Of a DNA stretch of 64,000 nucleotides, positions 29,819 to 41,452 are shown one piece after another. The DNA is from an uncultured Spirochaetota bacterium (GTDB taxonomy: Bacteria; Spirochaetota; Spirochaetia; SZUA-6; Fen-1364), in the NCBI GenBank assembly GCA_963781885.1, contig CAWAHW010000005.1:64001-128000 (forward strand), given 5' to 3'. A model generated the notes under the pieces. It had not been told where the DNA came from, searched no databases, and worked only from the letters and a program-made list of their open reading frames with translations. How positions within the stretch are numbered: the first letter of the stretch is position 1; each line of letters begins with the position of its first letter. The translations under genes and the position numbers were made by a program.

Positions 29819-31898
29819 CTATTCCTTTTCTTCCGCCTTGGCCGCCTGCGCCGCCTTGATGACGTCGTCGGATATCCTGCCCGAGATCGGGCTGTAGTGG
29901 TCGAACTCCAGCTCGAATGAACCGGTGCTCGCCGTCAGCGCCTTCAGGTCGATCGCGTAGCGCATGAGCTCCGCCTGGGGCACCTGCGCCTTGATCTCGA
30001 GGATGCCGCCGCCGATGGGGTTCTGGCCGAGGACCTTGCCCCGCTTGCCGCTCAGGTCGGAGAGCACGGCGCCGTAGATACTGCTCGTCCACGAACACGG
30101 TGAGGTTGCAGATGGGCTCCAGCAGCACCGGCTTCGCGTTGCGCATGCACTCACGGAAGGCTTCCCGGGCCGCCAGCTTGAAGGCGAGCTCCGAGGAATC
30201 CACGGGATGCTCCTTGCCGTCCACGATCCTCGCCTCGACGTCGACGACGGGATAACCGGCGAGGATTCCTGCCTCCATCGCCTCTATCACGCCCTTCTCA
30301 ACGCCGGGGATGTATCCGCGGGAGACCGCCCCGCCGAATATTGCGTTCGTGAACTTGTATTTCTCCCCCCGCGGGATGGGATTCACTTCGAGGGAGACCT
30401 TGGCGTACTGGCCGTGCCCTCCCGTCTGCTTCTTGTGCGTGTATTCCGCGTCGGCTTTTCCCTGTATCGTCTCGCGATACGCGACGCGCGGGATCTTCGT
30501 CTCCATTTCGATTTTCTGGTGCTCCCGGATCTTGTCGAGGATCATCGAGATGTGCAGCTCTCCCATGCCGGAGATGACCGTCTCCTTTGTCTCCTTGTCG
30601 TAGGAGAGAAGGAAGGTGAGGTCTTCTTCCGTGATGCGCTGCAGCATCTGGTTCATCTTGTCCTCGTCCTTCTTTGCCTTTGCCGTGATGGCCAGCGCAT
30701 GGACGGGGGTTGGAAGCTCGAGCTTCGGGTAGACGATGGCGGCATCGGGTGCATGCAGCGTATCGTTCGTGCGCAGCATGGGGCTTTTCGTGAACAGCCC
30801 CAGGTCACCGGCGACCAGCTCCGGGGCATCCTCCAGTTTCTTGCCTTCGCACGTGTAGACCTTGGTGATTTTTTCCTTCCTGCCTTCGCGCGCGTTCACG
30901 AGGTCCGTATCCGCCTCGATTTTTCCCGCCATGACCTTGAAGTAGGAGAGCTTGCCGGTGAATTGGTCCCCGGCGGTCTTCCAGATGAAGCAGGAGGGCT
31001 GCTCGCTCTCGGAGATCGGGCGCGTCACGACGGCGTCCTCTTTTGGCGCATCCCACTTCGCGGCGCCCTTTGCGATTCCCTCCGGCGACGGCGCGGCATA
31101 GACGATGAAATCGAGAAGGGAGGCGACACCGGCGGCGGTGAGCCCCGCGCCGCAGAGCACCGGGAAGAGCTTCCCGCTCTTCATGCCGCCGGCCAGGCCC
31201 TTGCGGATCTCGTCAGGCGCGAGATTTCCTTCGGCGAAGAACTTCTCGATGAGCGTGTCATCACCTTCCGCCGCGCTCTCCACGAGCTTCTGCCGCGCTT
31301 CCTCGACAGCGGCCTTTTCCGCATCCGGTATCGGCGCTTCCTTGCCCGCGATCCACGCCTTCTGGTCGATGAGATCCACAACCCCGGTGAAGGCGGCGCC
31401 CGCGCCGATGGGGATCACCACGGGAACGAAGCTCGCCTTGAACTTTTCCGCGAGGTCGGCGACACTGCGGGCGAAATCCGCGCGCTCCTTCTCCATCTTG
31501 TTCACGAAGATGAAGCGGGGCTTTTCGCTCTTGGCCAGACGGCGCCAGAGCTTGATTGTCTCGATCTGCACGCCGACGTCCGCGCCGACCACGAGCGCTG
31601 CGCAATCCGCGACCGCGAATGCTGCCACGACCTCACCCACGAAGTCGGCGGACCCCGGGGTGTCGAGGATGTTGATCTTGTGGTCCTTCCAGGTGATGTG
31701 GCTCAACGATGCGTGGATGGAAATCTTGCGGGAGACCTCTTCCTCCGCGAAGTCGCTGACGGTCTTGCCAGATTCAACCCTCTCCGCCTTGGGGATCACC
31801 CCGCCGACGGCGAGCATCTCTTCCACGAGCGTGGTCTTGCCCGTGCCGCCGTGACCGACAAAAGCGACATTGCGCAGTGAGCGGGTCGGAACACTCAT
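29819..31898 (-). CDS. fusA: Elongation factor G-like protein, EFG II type (apparent frameshift near 30076)
   Basis: GHGGTGKTTL, RKISI, DTPG, NKME, GMGELH, HKKQTGGHGQY, VDSSELAF. Confidence 0.93.
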
Positions 31899-31933
31899 TC
31901 TCTGTCTCCTTGATGTCAGTGAGTAAGGGACTT

Positions 31934-31962
31934 ACTGTAGTGCCTCACCCCGTTTTTGTCAA
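31934..31962 (-). promoter_or_regulatory. Sigma70 promoter for the downstream EF-G paralog
   Basis: Minus strand TTGACA-N17-TACAGT. Confidence 0.75.
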
Positions 31963-31979
31963 CAAATTCGCGGTGCGCG

Positions 31980-34031
31980 CTACGCGGAATCCCCGAACCC
32001 CCCCACCTTCTCCGCAAAATGGGAAAACTCCATGGTGAAAGTCGCGCGGCCCTGGGTGGCGCTGCGCAGCGCGGTGGAGTAGCCGAACATCGACACGAGC
32101 GGGGCCTGCGCCTTCACGTGATCGGCGCCGGGCTTGCTCTCCACGTTGAGGATGAGGCCCTGGCGCGCGTTGAGATTGCCGATCACCTCGCCGAGGAACT
32201 CCGAGGGGCTGAGGACGTCGACGGCCATGATGGGCTCCAGGAGTATGGGGCTCGCCTTGCGGCAGGCAGCGTCGAACGACATCGCGCCTGCAGCCTCGAA
32301 CGCGATTGTCGTGGAAGTGGTCTGGTGGTACTCGGCATCCACCAGGCGCACATCGATGTCCAGGGCCGGATAGCCATACACGACGCCCGAGCCGAAGGCA
32401 GCGGTCACGCCGCGCTCGACGGCGGTCACCAGCTCCTCCGGCAGGTCGGATTCGGGGATGGCCGACGAGAAGCGGTTGCCTTCTCCCCGCGCGCGCGGCT
32501 TCACCTCGATCGTGATCGTGGCGGCGTGCTCCTTGCCGGCGATGGTGCGGTGGTACTTCTCGGTGTGCGTGACCTCGGCGCTGATTGTCTCCCGGTAGGA
32601 GACCTGGGGTTTTCCCACGCGCGCCTCCACCTTGAACTCGCGGAATATGCGGGTCACCAGGACATCGAGGTGCAGCTCCCCCATGCCCGAGATGATGAGC
32701 TCGCCCGTTTCCTCGTTCTCCTTCAGGGAGAATGTCGGGTCTTCCAGGGCAAGGATGCCCAGCACTTCCTGCAGCTTTTTGCGCTCCGACAGCGTGCGCG
32801 GCTCGATGGCCACCGATATGACCGGCTCGGGGAAATGCATTTTTTCCAGCAATATCGGGAAAGCCTCCACGCCGAGGGTGTCGCCGGTCTGGGAGCCCTT
32901 GAGCCCGATCATCACCGCGATGTCGCCTGCCTCGACCTGGTCGAGTTGCTGGGAATGGTTTGCGTGCATGCGCAAAAGCCGATTCACCCTTTCCCGCTTT
33001 TTCTTGGCGATGTTGTAAACGGTCTGGCCTTCCTTGATCCTGCCCGAGTACATGCGCACGTAGCAGAGATTGCCCGCCTCCCTGTTGGCCTGCAGCTTGA
33101 ACACCAGTCCGCAGGCGAACGCATTGGGGTCGCAGCGCACCTCGACGGCGCCGTCCTTCTTCACGTGATGGCCGCGCGCGGGGGGGACGTCGACCGGTGA
33201 AGGCAGAAAGTCCACCACCGCGTCCAGGAGCGGCTGCACACCGACATTGCGCAGCGAGGCGCCGCAGAGCACGGGTGTAAAGGACCGTGAGAGGGTGCCC
33301 TGCCGGATGATCTTCCGCAGAGCCGCGGCGGGAATATCCGCACCGGCAAGATAGCTGTCCGTGAGCTCATCGGAGAGATGGGTGAGATGGTCCATCAGGT
33401 TTTCCCGGCCGGCGCGCGCCTCCGCCATGCGGGAAGGGTCGATCGGCGCGTAGCCGATCGTGACGCCCTGGTCCTCCTGGAGGAAGCGCACCTCGCGCAT
33501 CTCAACGAGGTCGATCATGCCTTCGAAGTCTGCTTCAGCGCCCATGGGGAGCTGGAGCGGCAGGGGCACGGTCCCGAGCTTTTCACGCATCTCCTCCAGC
33601 ACGCCCTTGAAGTTCGCGCCGATCCTGTCCAGCTTGTTGATGAAGGCGATCCGGGGCACCGCGTAGCGATCCGCCTGGTGCCAGACGGTCTCGGATTGCG
33701 GCTCGACGCCGCCCACGGCGCAGAAAATCGCCACCGCCCCGTCCAGCACGCGCAGCGAGCGCTCCACCTCGGCCGTGAAATCCACGTGCCCCGGCGTGTC
33801 GATGATGTTGACCTGGTGATCGCGCCAATAGCATGTCGTGGCCGCGGCGGTGATTGTGATGCCGCGCTCCTGCTCCTGGTCCATCCAGTCCATGGTGGCT
33901 TCCCCGTCGTCCACCTCGCCCATGCGATGGGTTTTGCCTGTGTAAAAAAGGATACGCTCCGTGGTCGTGGTTTTGCCCGCGTCGATATGCGCGATGATGC
34001 CGATATTTCGTATCAAACCGAGGTCTGCCAT
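31980..34031 (-). CDS. fusA: Elongation factor G paralog with divergent domain IV (spdEFG2-like)
   Basis: [26 protein letters not shown]; domain IV loops [11 protein letters not shown] and [11 protein letters not shown] replace KQ.GG.GQ and H.VDS. Confidence 0.93.
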   Translation of the reverse strand: MADLGLIRNIGIIAHIDAGKTTTTERILFYTGKTHRMGEVDDGEATMDWMDQEQERGITITAAATTCYWRDHQVNIIDTPGHVDFTAEVERSLRVLDGAVAIFCAVGGVEPQSETVWHQADRYAVPRIAFINKLDRIGANFKGVLEEMREKLGTVPLPLQLPMGAEADFEGMIDLVEMREVRFLQEDQGVTIGYAPIDPSRMAEARAGRENLMDHLTHLSDELTDSYLAGADIPAAALRKIIRQGTLSRSFTPVLCGASLRNVGVQPLLDAVVDFLPSPVDVPPARGHHVKKDGAVEVRCDPNAFACGLVFKLQANREAGNLCYVRMYSGRIKEGQTVYNIAKKKRERVNRLLRMHANHSQQLDQVEAGDIAVMIGLKGSQTGDTLGVEAFPILLEKMHFPEPVISVAIEPRTLSERKKLQEVLGILALEDPTFSLKENEETGELIISGMGELHLDVLVTRIFREFKVEARVGKPQVSYRETISAEVTHTEKYHRTIAGKEHAATITIEVKPRARGEGNRFSSAIPESDLPEELVTAVERGVTAAFGSGVVYGYPALDIDVRLVDAEYHQTTSTTIAFEAAGAMSFDAACRKASPILLEPIMAVDVLSPSEFLGEVIGNLNARQGLILNVESKPGADHVKAQAPLVSMFGYSTALRSATQGRATFTMEFSHFAEKVGGFGDSA

Positions 34032-34094
34032 TAGTTTCTCCGGGGAAAGAATGCTTGAAACGGCCCGATTCAACTATATAGAATCCATACAGCC

Positions 34095-34847
34095 GTGAAA
34101 AGAGCGCCCCTCCCGCTTCCCTGCATGGTGCTTGCCGCCTTCCTGCTTGTCGCCATTCCGGGCCCCTGCGCGGCCCAGGATTCCCCGCTTTCCTGGCTCA
34201 ATGGCGCGCGATCGGCCGTTGGCGCGCACGCCCTGACTCAGGATGCCCTCCTTTCCGCCACGGCGGCGCTCTGGGCTTCCACGCTGGCGGGCGCGGGCGT
34301 CCTCAGCCACCGAGGATCCGATGGCACGACGGTGCTGGACCGCTACAGGGCGCTGGGAGGCACCGAGGCGCACGTGGGGGAGATTATCGGTGCCGGGCCG
34401 AGCCTTGTTGCGGTGGAAAAGGGCTGGATGCGGAGCGCCGATCACCGCCGCCTGGCACTCGCCCCGGAGTGGACGCACGCGGGGTGGGGCAGCGCCGTGC
34501 ACGGCAGCGCGCAGGTGTGGGTGATTGTTTTTATCGAAAGGCTGATTACCGACCTTTCGATCGATGACCGGCAAGGGGCTCTTTCCGTCAGCGGCGTTGT
34601 TGTTGCACCCGGGGCCACCGGAGCACTGCTCATTTCAGGCCTGAACCCTGTCGCTCCTGCCTCATGGGACGGGCCGACGGGTCGTTTCGCCTTCGAGATT
34701 CCCTCCGGCCTGCGGGAGGGCTATGTCCGCCTGGGCTACATCGAGGGTGCCGGGCGATTCGTGCTCACCAATGCCTTCACATTGCCTCGAGGTACGGGAT
34801 CCCCAGGAGCGCCAGTCCGTTTCTCACCACCTGCGCCATCCCCCTGA
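34095..34847 (+). CDS. Secreted CAP/SCP-domain protein
   Basis: Signal peptide; LSHRGSDG, VGEIIG, WMRSADHR motifs. Confidence 0.85.
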   Translation: MKRAPLPLPCMVLAAFLLVAIPGPCAAQDSPLSWLNGARSAVGAHALTQDALLSATAALWASTLAGAGVLSHRGSDGTTVLDRYRALGGTEAHVGEIIGAGPSLVAVEKGWMRSADHRRLALAPEWTHAGWGSAVHGSAQVWVIVFIERLITDLSIDDRQGALSVSGVVVAPGATGALLISGLNPVAPASWDGPTGRFAFEIPSGLREGYVRLGYIEGAGRFVLTNAFTLPRGTGSPGAPVRFSPPAPSP

Positions 34848-36541
34848 CCAGGGCGATGCGCGACTGCACGAGCCCCGGGTCCTCGTTGCGCAGCACGGGA
34901 TGATCCTGGTAGTAGCGACTGAAGCTCTTGCAGAGCTCGAAGAGATACGTCGTGAGCACAGACGGGTTGAGCTCGCGGGCCGCTGCCGCTACCGTCTCGG
35001 GGAAAAGAGCCAGGGCCTTGGCGATCTCCCACTCCTCGGGCAGGGAAAGCGCCGCGGATGAATAGGCACCCGCGCTGTACTGGCTTTTCCGCTCCTCGAA
35101 CTTCCGCAGCATGCTGGAGATGCGCGCGCCGGTGTATTGGAGGTAGGGCCCCGTGTTGCCATTGAACGATATGGATTCCTTCGGATCGAAGGTCATGTCC
35201 TTGACCGCCGTGACTTGAAGGAGCCAGTAGTTCAAGGCGCCCAGCGCGATCTCCCGCGCCGTGCGGGAAAGGTCCCCCACGTCGTCCTCCCTCTCCTTGG
35301 CCTTGATCTCGTCCAGGGCGAGCTTTTCCAGCTCATCCAGCAGGTCGTCGGCGTCCACAACGGTTCCCTCGCGGGACTTCATCTTTCCTTCGGGGAGATT
35401 CACCATGCCGTAGGCAAGGTGGTGGAGATTCGCCGCCCAGGTGAAGCCGAGCTTCTCCAGCACGGCGAAAAGCACGTGGAAGTGGTGCCGTTGCTCCGAT
35501 GCGACGACATAGATCAGCCTGTCGAAACGCCAGTCCTTCGAGCGCTGGATCGCCACACCAATGTCCTGGGTAAGATAGAGCGACGTGCCGTCCGAGCGCA
35601 GGAGCACCTCGCGCTCCATGCCCTTGTCGGTGAGGTCCACCCACACGGAGCCGTCGGGGTCCTTCTGAAAGAGACCCTTCTGGATGCCGGCAAGTATCTC
35701 GCTCCTTCCCAGCTTGTAGATGTCGCTTTCATAGTAGACCTGGTCGAAGGAGATGCCCGGTCCTCTTGTAGCTCTGGGAGATGCCCTCCATCACCCACGC
35801 GTTCATGGTCTTCCAGAGGGCCACGACCTCGGGGTCGCCTTCCTCCCACTTGCGGAGCATCTGCCGGACCTCTTCCTCCGCCTCCGGATGGTCTTTCGCG
35901 TGCTGGGCGTACTTCACATAGTACGATCCGACGAAATGGTCACCCTTGACCCCCTCGCTCGCGGGGGTGGCGCCGGCGCCGAACAACCTGTAGGCGAGCA
36001 TCGACTTGCAGATATGCACGCCGCGATCGTTGATCAGGTTCACCTTGCGGAGCGTCGCGCCCGCGGCGGCAAGCATGCGCGACAGGCTCTCTCCCAGGGC
36101 GTCGTTGCGCAGGTGCCCCAGGTGCAGCGGCTTGTTCGTGTTCGGGCAGGAGAACTCGAGCATGACCCGCTGGCCTGAAAGCGCGGCGCTCCGCCCGTAG
36201 GCCGGCCCCTGCGCCGCGATCGCCGCGAGCACGTCGTCGATCACGGGCGCCGGCGTGAGCTTCACGTTCACGTACGGCCCGGCCGCCGCGACGGTGCCTA
36301 TGCCGCGGGAGCCCGGCATCGCGGAGAGGCGCGCGGCGACCTCCGCGGCAATCGCGGGAGGGGCCTTCCTGAATACGCGGGCAAAGGGGAACAGGGGGAA
36401 CGCGAAGTCGCCCAGCTCGGGCTTCGGCGGCGTCTCCACCACGAGCGGCGTCGTATCCAGGCCGCTCACGTTCGTTTCTGCGGCCAGCTCCTGCAGCGCG
36501 GTCGCGATCATGTCGTGCCATTGATCACGGTATTTCTTCAT
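34777..36541 (-). CDS. argS: Arginine--tRNA ligase (apparent frameshift near 35757)
   Basis: PNTNKPLHLGHLRN, LRSDGTSLY, KMKSREG, GNTGPYLQY, C-terminal LGIPYLEAM. Confidence 0.96.
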
Positions 36542-36669
36542 GTATGCCGGGTATTTAAGCAGACATGCGGGGGCGCTGCAAGCCGCGCGGGCGGGCCTCG
36601 CCGCGGATCACGGCAGGCCGCCTTGACTCCGCGTCGGTTTTTTCCATATATAGTCGCAAGGAGCTCAAT

Positions 36670-39600
36670 TTGTACAGGCCCGTGGATCCGAAGGTGAGCT
36701 TTCCCTCGATAGAGGAGAAGGTGCTCGCCTTCTGGCAGGAAAACAAGATATTCGAAAAATCCATTTTCCAGCGCGAGGGCGCGGAGGAGTTCGTCTTCTA
36801 CGACGGGCCTCCATTCGCCACCGGCTTGCCGCACTACGGCCATTTCATCCCGAGCACGGTGAAGGATGCCATTCCCCGCTACCAGACAATGAAGGGACGC
36901 AAGGTCGAGCGCAGGTTCGGCTGGGACTGCCACGGCCTCCCCGTCGAGTACGAGATGGAGAAGGAGCTGGGGATCTCGGGGAAAAAGCAGATCGAGGAAT
37001 ACGGCGTGGCGAAATTCAACGAGGCCTGCCGCTCCATCGTCCTGCGCTATACAAAGGAATGGCGCAAGGTCATCACCCGCCTCGGCCGCTGGGTGGATTT
37101 CGATCACGACTACAAGACCATGGATCCCGATTACATGGAGTCCATCTGGTGGGTCTTGAGCGAGCTGTGGAAGAAAGACCTCATGTACGAGGGATTCTAC
37201 ATCCTCCCGTACTGCCCTCGGTGCTCCACCGTGCTTTCCAACCACGAGCTGAGTCTCGGGGGGTACATCGACGTGGCGGACCCTGCCGTCACGGTCAAGT
37301 TCGCCGTTGCGGACGAACCGGACACGTCTTTCCTCGCGTGGACGACCACCCCGTGGACCCTTCCGTCCAATCTCGGTCTCGCTCTTGGCGCTGACATCGA
37401 CTACGTGAAGGTGAAGGACGGCGCGGAGTTCTACATCCTCGCGGCCGAACGGCTGGCGTCGTACTACAAGGAGCCCGGCGCGTACGAAATCGTTGCCCGT
37501 TACAAGGGAAAGGACCTTGTTGGCAGGCGCTACAAGCCGCTCTTCCCCTTCTTTGCGTCGCTTGCGGAGAAGGGCGCTTTCCGGACCTGGAACGGCACGT
37601 TCGTCACGACGGATGAGGGCACGGGCATCGTCCATATCGCGCCCGGTTTCGGCGAGGACGACTACAACCTCATGAAGGGCTCGGGCATTCCCGTCGTCTG
37701 CCCGGTGGACGCGGAGGCGCGTTTCACCTCTGACGTTCCCGACTGGGCAGGGCAGTTCGTGAAGGACGCGGACAAGTCCATCATCCGCACGCTGAAGGAC
37801 CGGCACGCGCTCGTGCGCCACGACTCCTACCACCACAGCTACCCCCACTGCTGGCGCTGCCAGAGTCCCCTCATCTACCGCGCCATCGCGGAATGGTTCG
37901 TGAGCGTGGAAAAGATCAAGGCACGCATGCTCGCCGCAAACGACACCATCAACTGGATGCCCGCGCACCTGAAAACGGGCAGGTTTGGCAAGTGGCTGGA
38001 GAACGCCCGCGACTGGGCCATATCCCGCAGCCGCTACTGGGGAAACCCCATCCCGGTCTGGCGATGCGATGCCTGCAAGAAAGAGGAGTGCATCGGCTCG
38101 CGCGCGGAGCTGGAGAAAAAAGGCGGCCGCAAGGTCGTGGATCTGCACAAGCATTTCATCGACGACATCACGTGGGCCTGCACGTGCGGGGGAACCATGC
38201 ACCGCATCCCCGACGTGCTGGACTGCTGGTTCGAGTCCGGCGCCATGCCGTACGGCCAGAACCACTATCCTTTCGAGAACCGTGCGCGCTTTGACGCGCA
38301 TTTCCCGGCCGATTTCATCTCTGAATCCATCGACCAGACCCGGGGATGGTTCTACACCCTCGTGGTGCTGGGAGCGGCGCTTTTTGACAAGCCGGCGTTT
38401 CGCAATGTGATCGTGAGCGGGCTCATCCTGGACACGGAGGGGAAGAAGATGTCCAAGTCGGCGCGCAACTACGCCGACCCCATGGAGGTCATCGGGACGT
38501 TCGGCGCGGATGCGATGCGCCTGTTCCTCCTGGATTCCGCCGTTCTGAAGGCGGAGGATCTGCATTTCTCAGAATCCGGGGTGAAGGAGATCGTGAAGAC
38601 GGTGCTCATCCCGCTGTGGAACGCGTACAGCTTCTTTGTCACGTACGCCAATATCGACGGCGTCACGGTGAGCGGAGAGGCGCCGACCACGACCAACCCG
38701 CTGGATCGCTGGATACTCTCCGAGGCGGAACGGATGGTGCGGGAGATCACGGAGCAGCTGGAGCTCTACGACCTGCAGCGCGCGGTGGACGTCTTCATCG
38801 ACTTCATCGACCTGCTCAATAACTGGTACATCCGCCGTTCACGCCGGCGCTTCTGGAGGTCAGGCACGGACGCCGACAAGCAGGAAGCCTACCATGCCCT
38901 CCACCAGGCGCTCATGAAGCTCGTGCTGTGCGCGGCGCCGTTCATTCCCTTCATCACGGAGGAGGTCTATTCCAATCTCCGTGATGCGTCGATGCCGGAG
39001 TCCATCCATCTCTCTGACTTCCCGGTCTACAACGCGGTGCGTCGCGACCCGGACCTCGAGCGGCGCATGAAGGTGGCGATGAAGACCGTGAGCATGGGAC
39101 GCAGCCTCCGCACCGACTACGCACTGAAGATCCGCCAGCCCCTCGCGGCGCTGCACCTCGTCACGCGCGACCCCGATGAGAGAAGGATCCTCCAGGAGAT
39201 GGAGGAGCTCATCAAGGACGAGCTCAATGTGAAGGCGGTGGTGTTCCGCGAGAACGAGGATGAGCTGGTGGAGTACCGGGCAAAGGCCAATTTCCGCACC
39301 CTGGGCAAGCAGCTGGGCAAGGACATGAAGGCCGCCGCTGCCGGCATCGGGCTCCTGACGCTCGCCGACATTCACGCGCTCCTGGCGGGGCAGGGCGTGG
39401 AGCTTTCCGTCGCGGATCGTCGCTTCACCCTCACCCCGGACGGCGTGGAGATACAGCGGATCGAAAAGGAAAACCTGAAGGTCATCAACGACGGCTCCCT
39501 CACGGTTGCCCTCGACCCGGTGCTCACGCCGGCCCTCGTGGAGGAGGGGCTCGTGCGCGACCTCGTGCGGGGAATCCAGAACCTGCGCAAGGAATCCGGC

Positions 39601-39795
39601 CTGGAGGTGACGGACCGCATCGAGCTTTCCCTTGACGGGCCGGAGGCGGTGCGCTCTGCGGCGGATCATTTCCGCGAGCATCTGCTTTCCGAAACCCTGG
39701 GCGTATCCCTCACGTGGCAGAAGACCGCGGATGCGCAGGAGATCGACTGCGGAGAAGAAAAGTGCGCGGTGTCGCTGAAGAAGGCCCGCTCATGA
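36670..39795 (+). CDS. ileS: Isoleucine--tRNA ligase, type 2
   Basis: DGPPFATGLPHYGH, GWDCHGLP, WTTTPWTLPSN, KMSKS; TTG start after AAGGAG. Confidence 0.97.
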   Translation: MYRPVDPKVSFPSIEEKVLAFWQENKIFEKSIFQREGAEEFVFYDGPPFATGLPHYGHFIPSTVKDAIPRYQTMKGRKVERRFGWDCHGLPVEYEMEKELGISGKKQIEEYGVAKFNEACRSIVLRYTKEWRKVITRLGRWVDFDHDYKTMDPDYMESIWWVLSELWKKDLMYEGFYILPYCPRCSTVLSNHELSLGGYIDVADPAVTVKFAVADEPDTSFLAWTTTPWTLPSNLGLALGADIDYVKVKDGAEFYILAAERLASYYKEPGAYEIVARYKGKDLVGRRYKPLFPFFASLAEKGAFRTWNGTFVTTDEGTGIVHIAPGFGEDDYNLMKGSGIPVVCPVDAEARFTSDVPDWAGQFVKDADKSIIRTLKDRHALVRHDSYHHSYPHCWRCQSPLIYRAIAEWFVSVEKIKARMLAANDTINWMPAHLKTGRFGKWLENARDWAISRSRYWGNPIPVWRCDACKKEECIGSRAELEKKGGRKVVDLHKHFIDDITWACTCGGTMHRIPDVLDCWFESGAMPYGQNHYPFENRARFDAHFPADFISESIDQTRGWFYTLVVLGAALFDKPAFRNVIVSGLILDTEGKKMSKSARNYADPMEVIGTFGADAMRLFLLDSAVLKAEDLHFSESGVKEIVKTVLIPLWNAYSFFVTYANIDGVTVSGEAPTTTNPLDRWILSEAERMVREITEQLELYDLQRAVDVFIDFIDLLNNWYIRRSRRRFWRSGTDADKQEAYHALHQALMKLVLCAAPFIPFITEEVYSNLRDASMPESIHLSDFPVYNAVRRDPDLERRMKVAMKTVSMGRSLRTDYALKIRQPLAALHLVTRDPDERRILQEMEELIKDELNVKAVVFRENEDELVEYRAKANFRTLGKQLGKDMKAAAAGIGLLTLADIHALLAGQGVELSVADRRFTLTPDGVEIQRIEKENLKVINDGSLTVALDPVLTPALVEEGLVRDLVRGIQNLRKESGLEVTDRIELSLDGPEAVRSAADHFREHLLSETLGVSLTWQKTADAQEIDCGEEKCAVSLKKARS

Positions 39796-40775
39796 GTGTC
39801 GCGCGCCGTCTGGCCCTTGCCGCGGCAGCGGCGGGGCTCCTGCTGCTTGCCCTCGCCTCCTGTGCCACGGTGCCCCAGCGTTCCCCCTCGGAATGGCTGG
39901 GTGCGCTGCCGGAAGATGCCACTCTCTACGCATCGTTCGCCGTGGCAGGCTCGACAGACCTTGTGAAGAAGGCGCTCAAAGAGGCAGGCCCTGGCTCCCA
40001 GGACATCGCAACGCTCGTGGACATGACCAAGCGCCTGGTCTGTTCGGTGACGATCGAAAAGGGGAAGCCCGCGCAATTCTCCGTGCTCGCGCAAGGCGGA
40101 TATCCGTCGGGAATCATCAGCGGGCGCCTGGCCGGAAACAAGGATTGGAGGCAGGCGTCCGGACCGTCAGGCACGTACTTCGAATGGCAAAAGGTCGGGA
40201 TACAGGTGAGCATCCCGAATGGCTCGCTCCTCCTGGCCTCCAACGGCGCCATCGATTCGCTGCTCGGCCGCTGGGGGGCGCCCATACCCCTCACCATTCC
40301 GCCGGATGTCGCTCGCGACATGCAGGCCGCGGACCTCGTGCTCTATATGCCCGAGCTGCCCGGCAGCCTTGCCGAGCGCGCGGCCCAGAAGGGCATGAGG
40401 ATACCAATCCAGGAAGTCTGGATGAACGCGGTAAAAGGGAAGGGCGGCTACGACGTCTCCGGCACCGCAAATACGGGCTCCGAGCAAGAGGCAAAGCTTC
40501 TGACGCTCGTCCTCCGTCTGGGCATCGTGGCATGGATGAAGTCGGAGAATGTCCAGAACACGGCGGAGATACTCAAATCCATTGTGCTTGCACCAAGCGG
40601 CGTCCAGGTAAAGCTCACGGGGCTGCATTTCACCGACGACCAGATCATTCCGATGTTCCTCTCGCTTGTGAAAACCCTTTCCCCGCCCGCGGAGCCTGCC
40701 GCGGCCGCGGATTCCATCACGCAGGACGCGCCGGCCCCGGCCGACGCCACGTCGACGGGATCGGACGGGCAGTAG
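39792..40775 (+). CDS. Hypothetical lipoprotein
   Basis: Lipobox LASC after a hydrophobic stretch; ATG overlaps ileS stop. Confidence 0.85.
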   Translation: MSVARRLALAAAAAGLLLLALASCATVPQRSPSEWLGALPEDATLYASFAVAGSTDLVKKALKEAGPGSQDIATLVDMTKRLVCSVTIEKGKPAQFSVLAQGGYPSGIISGRLAGNKDWRQASGPSGTYFEWQKVGIQVSIPNGSLLLASNGAIDSLLGRWGAPIPLTIPPDVARDMQAADLVLYMPELPGSLAERAAQKGMRIPIQEVWMNAVKGKGGYDVSGTANTGSEQEAKLLTLVLRLGIVAWMKSENVQNTAEILKSIVLAPSGVQVKLTGLHFTDDQIIPMFLSLVKTLSPPAEPAAAADSITQDAPAPADATSTGSDGQ

Positions 40776-41452
40776 TGGTGTCAGGCCGGACGATCGTCAT
40801 CGACTATGGGGCGGGGAATCTGAAGAGCGTGGAGAATGCGCTGCGCCACCTTGGCGCGCCCTTTCTCACCACGCGCGTCCCGAAGGACCTCGAAGATGCC
40901 GAACGGATCATCTTCCCCGGTGTCGGTGAGGCGGCGGCGTCGATGGCGGAGCTGCGCAGGACGGGCTTGGACCGCGCCCTGAAGGAATATGTCGCCGCGG
41001 GAGGCAAAACACTCGGCATCTGCATCGGCTGCCAGGTGATATTCGACAAGTCGGAGGAGAGGGACACCACGTGCCTCGGCATTTTTCCCGGCACGGTGCG
41101 CCGATTCGCCATCTCCCACGGTCTGAAGGTGCCGCACATGGGATGGAATGCCGTGCACTTCACACGACCCCATCCAGTCTTTGCCGGGCATTCCCCAGGA
41201 TTCCTCCTTCTATTTCGTGCATTCCTATTATCCCGAGCCTGCCGACGCTGGAATGGTCGCGGCCGTGACCGACTATGGACTTTCATTCCCCTCCGGCGTC
41301 GCGAAAGGCAGCTTGATCGCTTTCCAGTTCCACCTGGAGAAATCCGGCCCCTCGGTCTGAAGCTTCTTTCGAACTTCCTTTCCTGGAACGGCAGTCCGGA
41401 GGCCACGAGCCCCGCGGCGCATGGCGGCGGCGCGGAGGCAGCCCGTGCTTGA
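40775..41452 (+). CDS. hisH: Imidazole glycerol phosphate synthase glutaminase subunit (two compensating frameshifts near 41187 and 41351)
   Basis: [30 protein letters not shown]; FYFVHSYY and QFHLEKSG lie in the shifted frame. Confidence 0.92.
   Translation: MVSGRTIVIDYGAGNLKSVENALRHLGAPFLTTRVPKDLEDAERIIFPGVGEAAASMAELRRTGLDRALKEYVAAGGKTLGICIGCQVIFDKSEERDTTCLGIFPGTVRRFAISHGLKVPHMGWNAVHFTRPHPVFAGHSPGFLLLFRAFLLSRACRRWNGRGRDRLWTFIPLRRRERQLDRFPVPPGEIRPLGLKLLSNFLSWNGSPEATSPAAHGGGAEAARA

Noticed and set aside
34777-34847. 71-bp convergent overlap of argS and the CAP gene as antisense regulation
   Set aside because: Short 3' overlaps are common in GC-rich genomes and the CAP tail looks like non-conserved read-through
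36542-36669. T-box leader for argS or ileS
   Set aside because: The gap is only about 128 bp, is shared by divergent genes, and has no T-box motif or terminator
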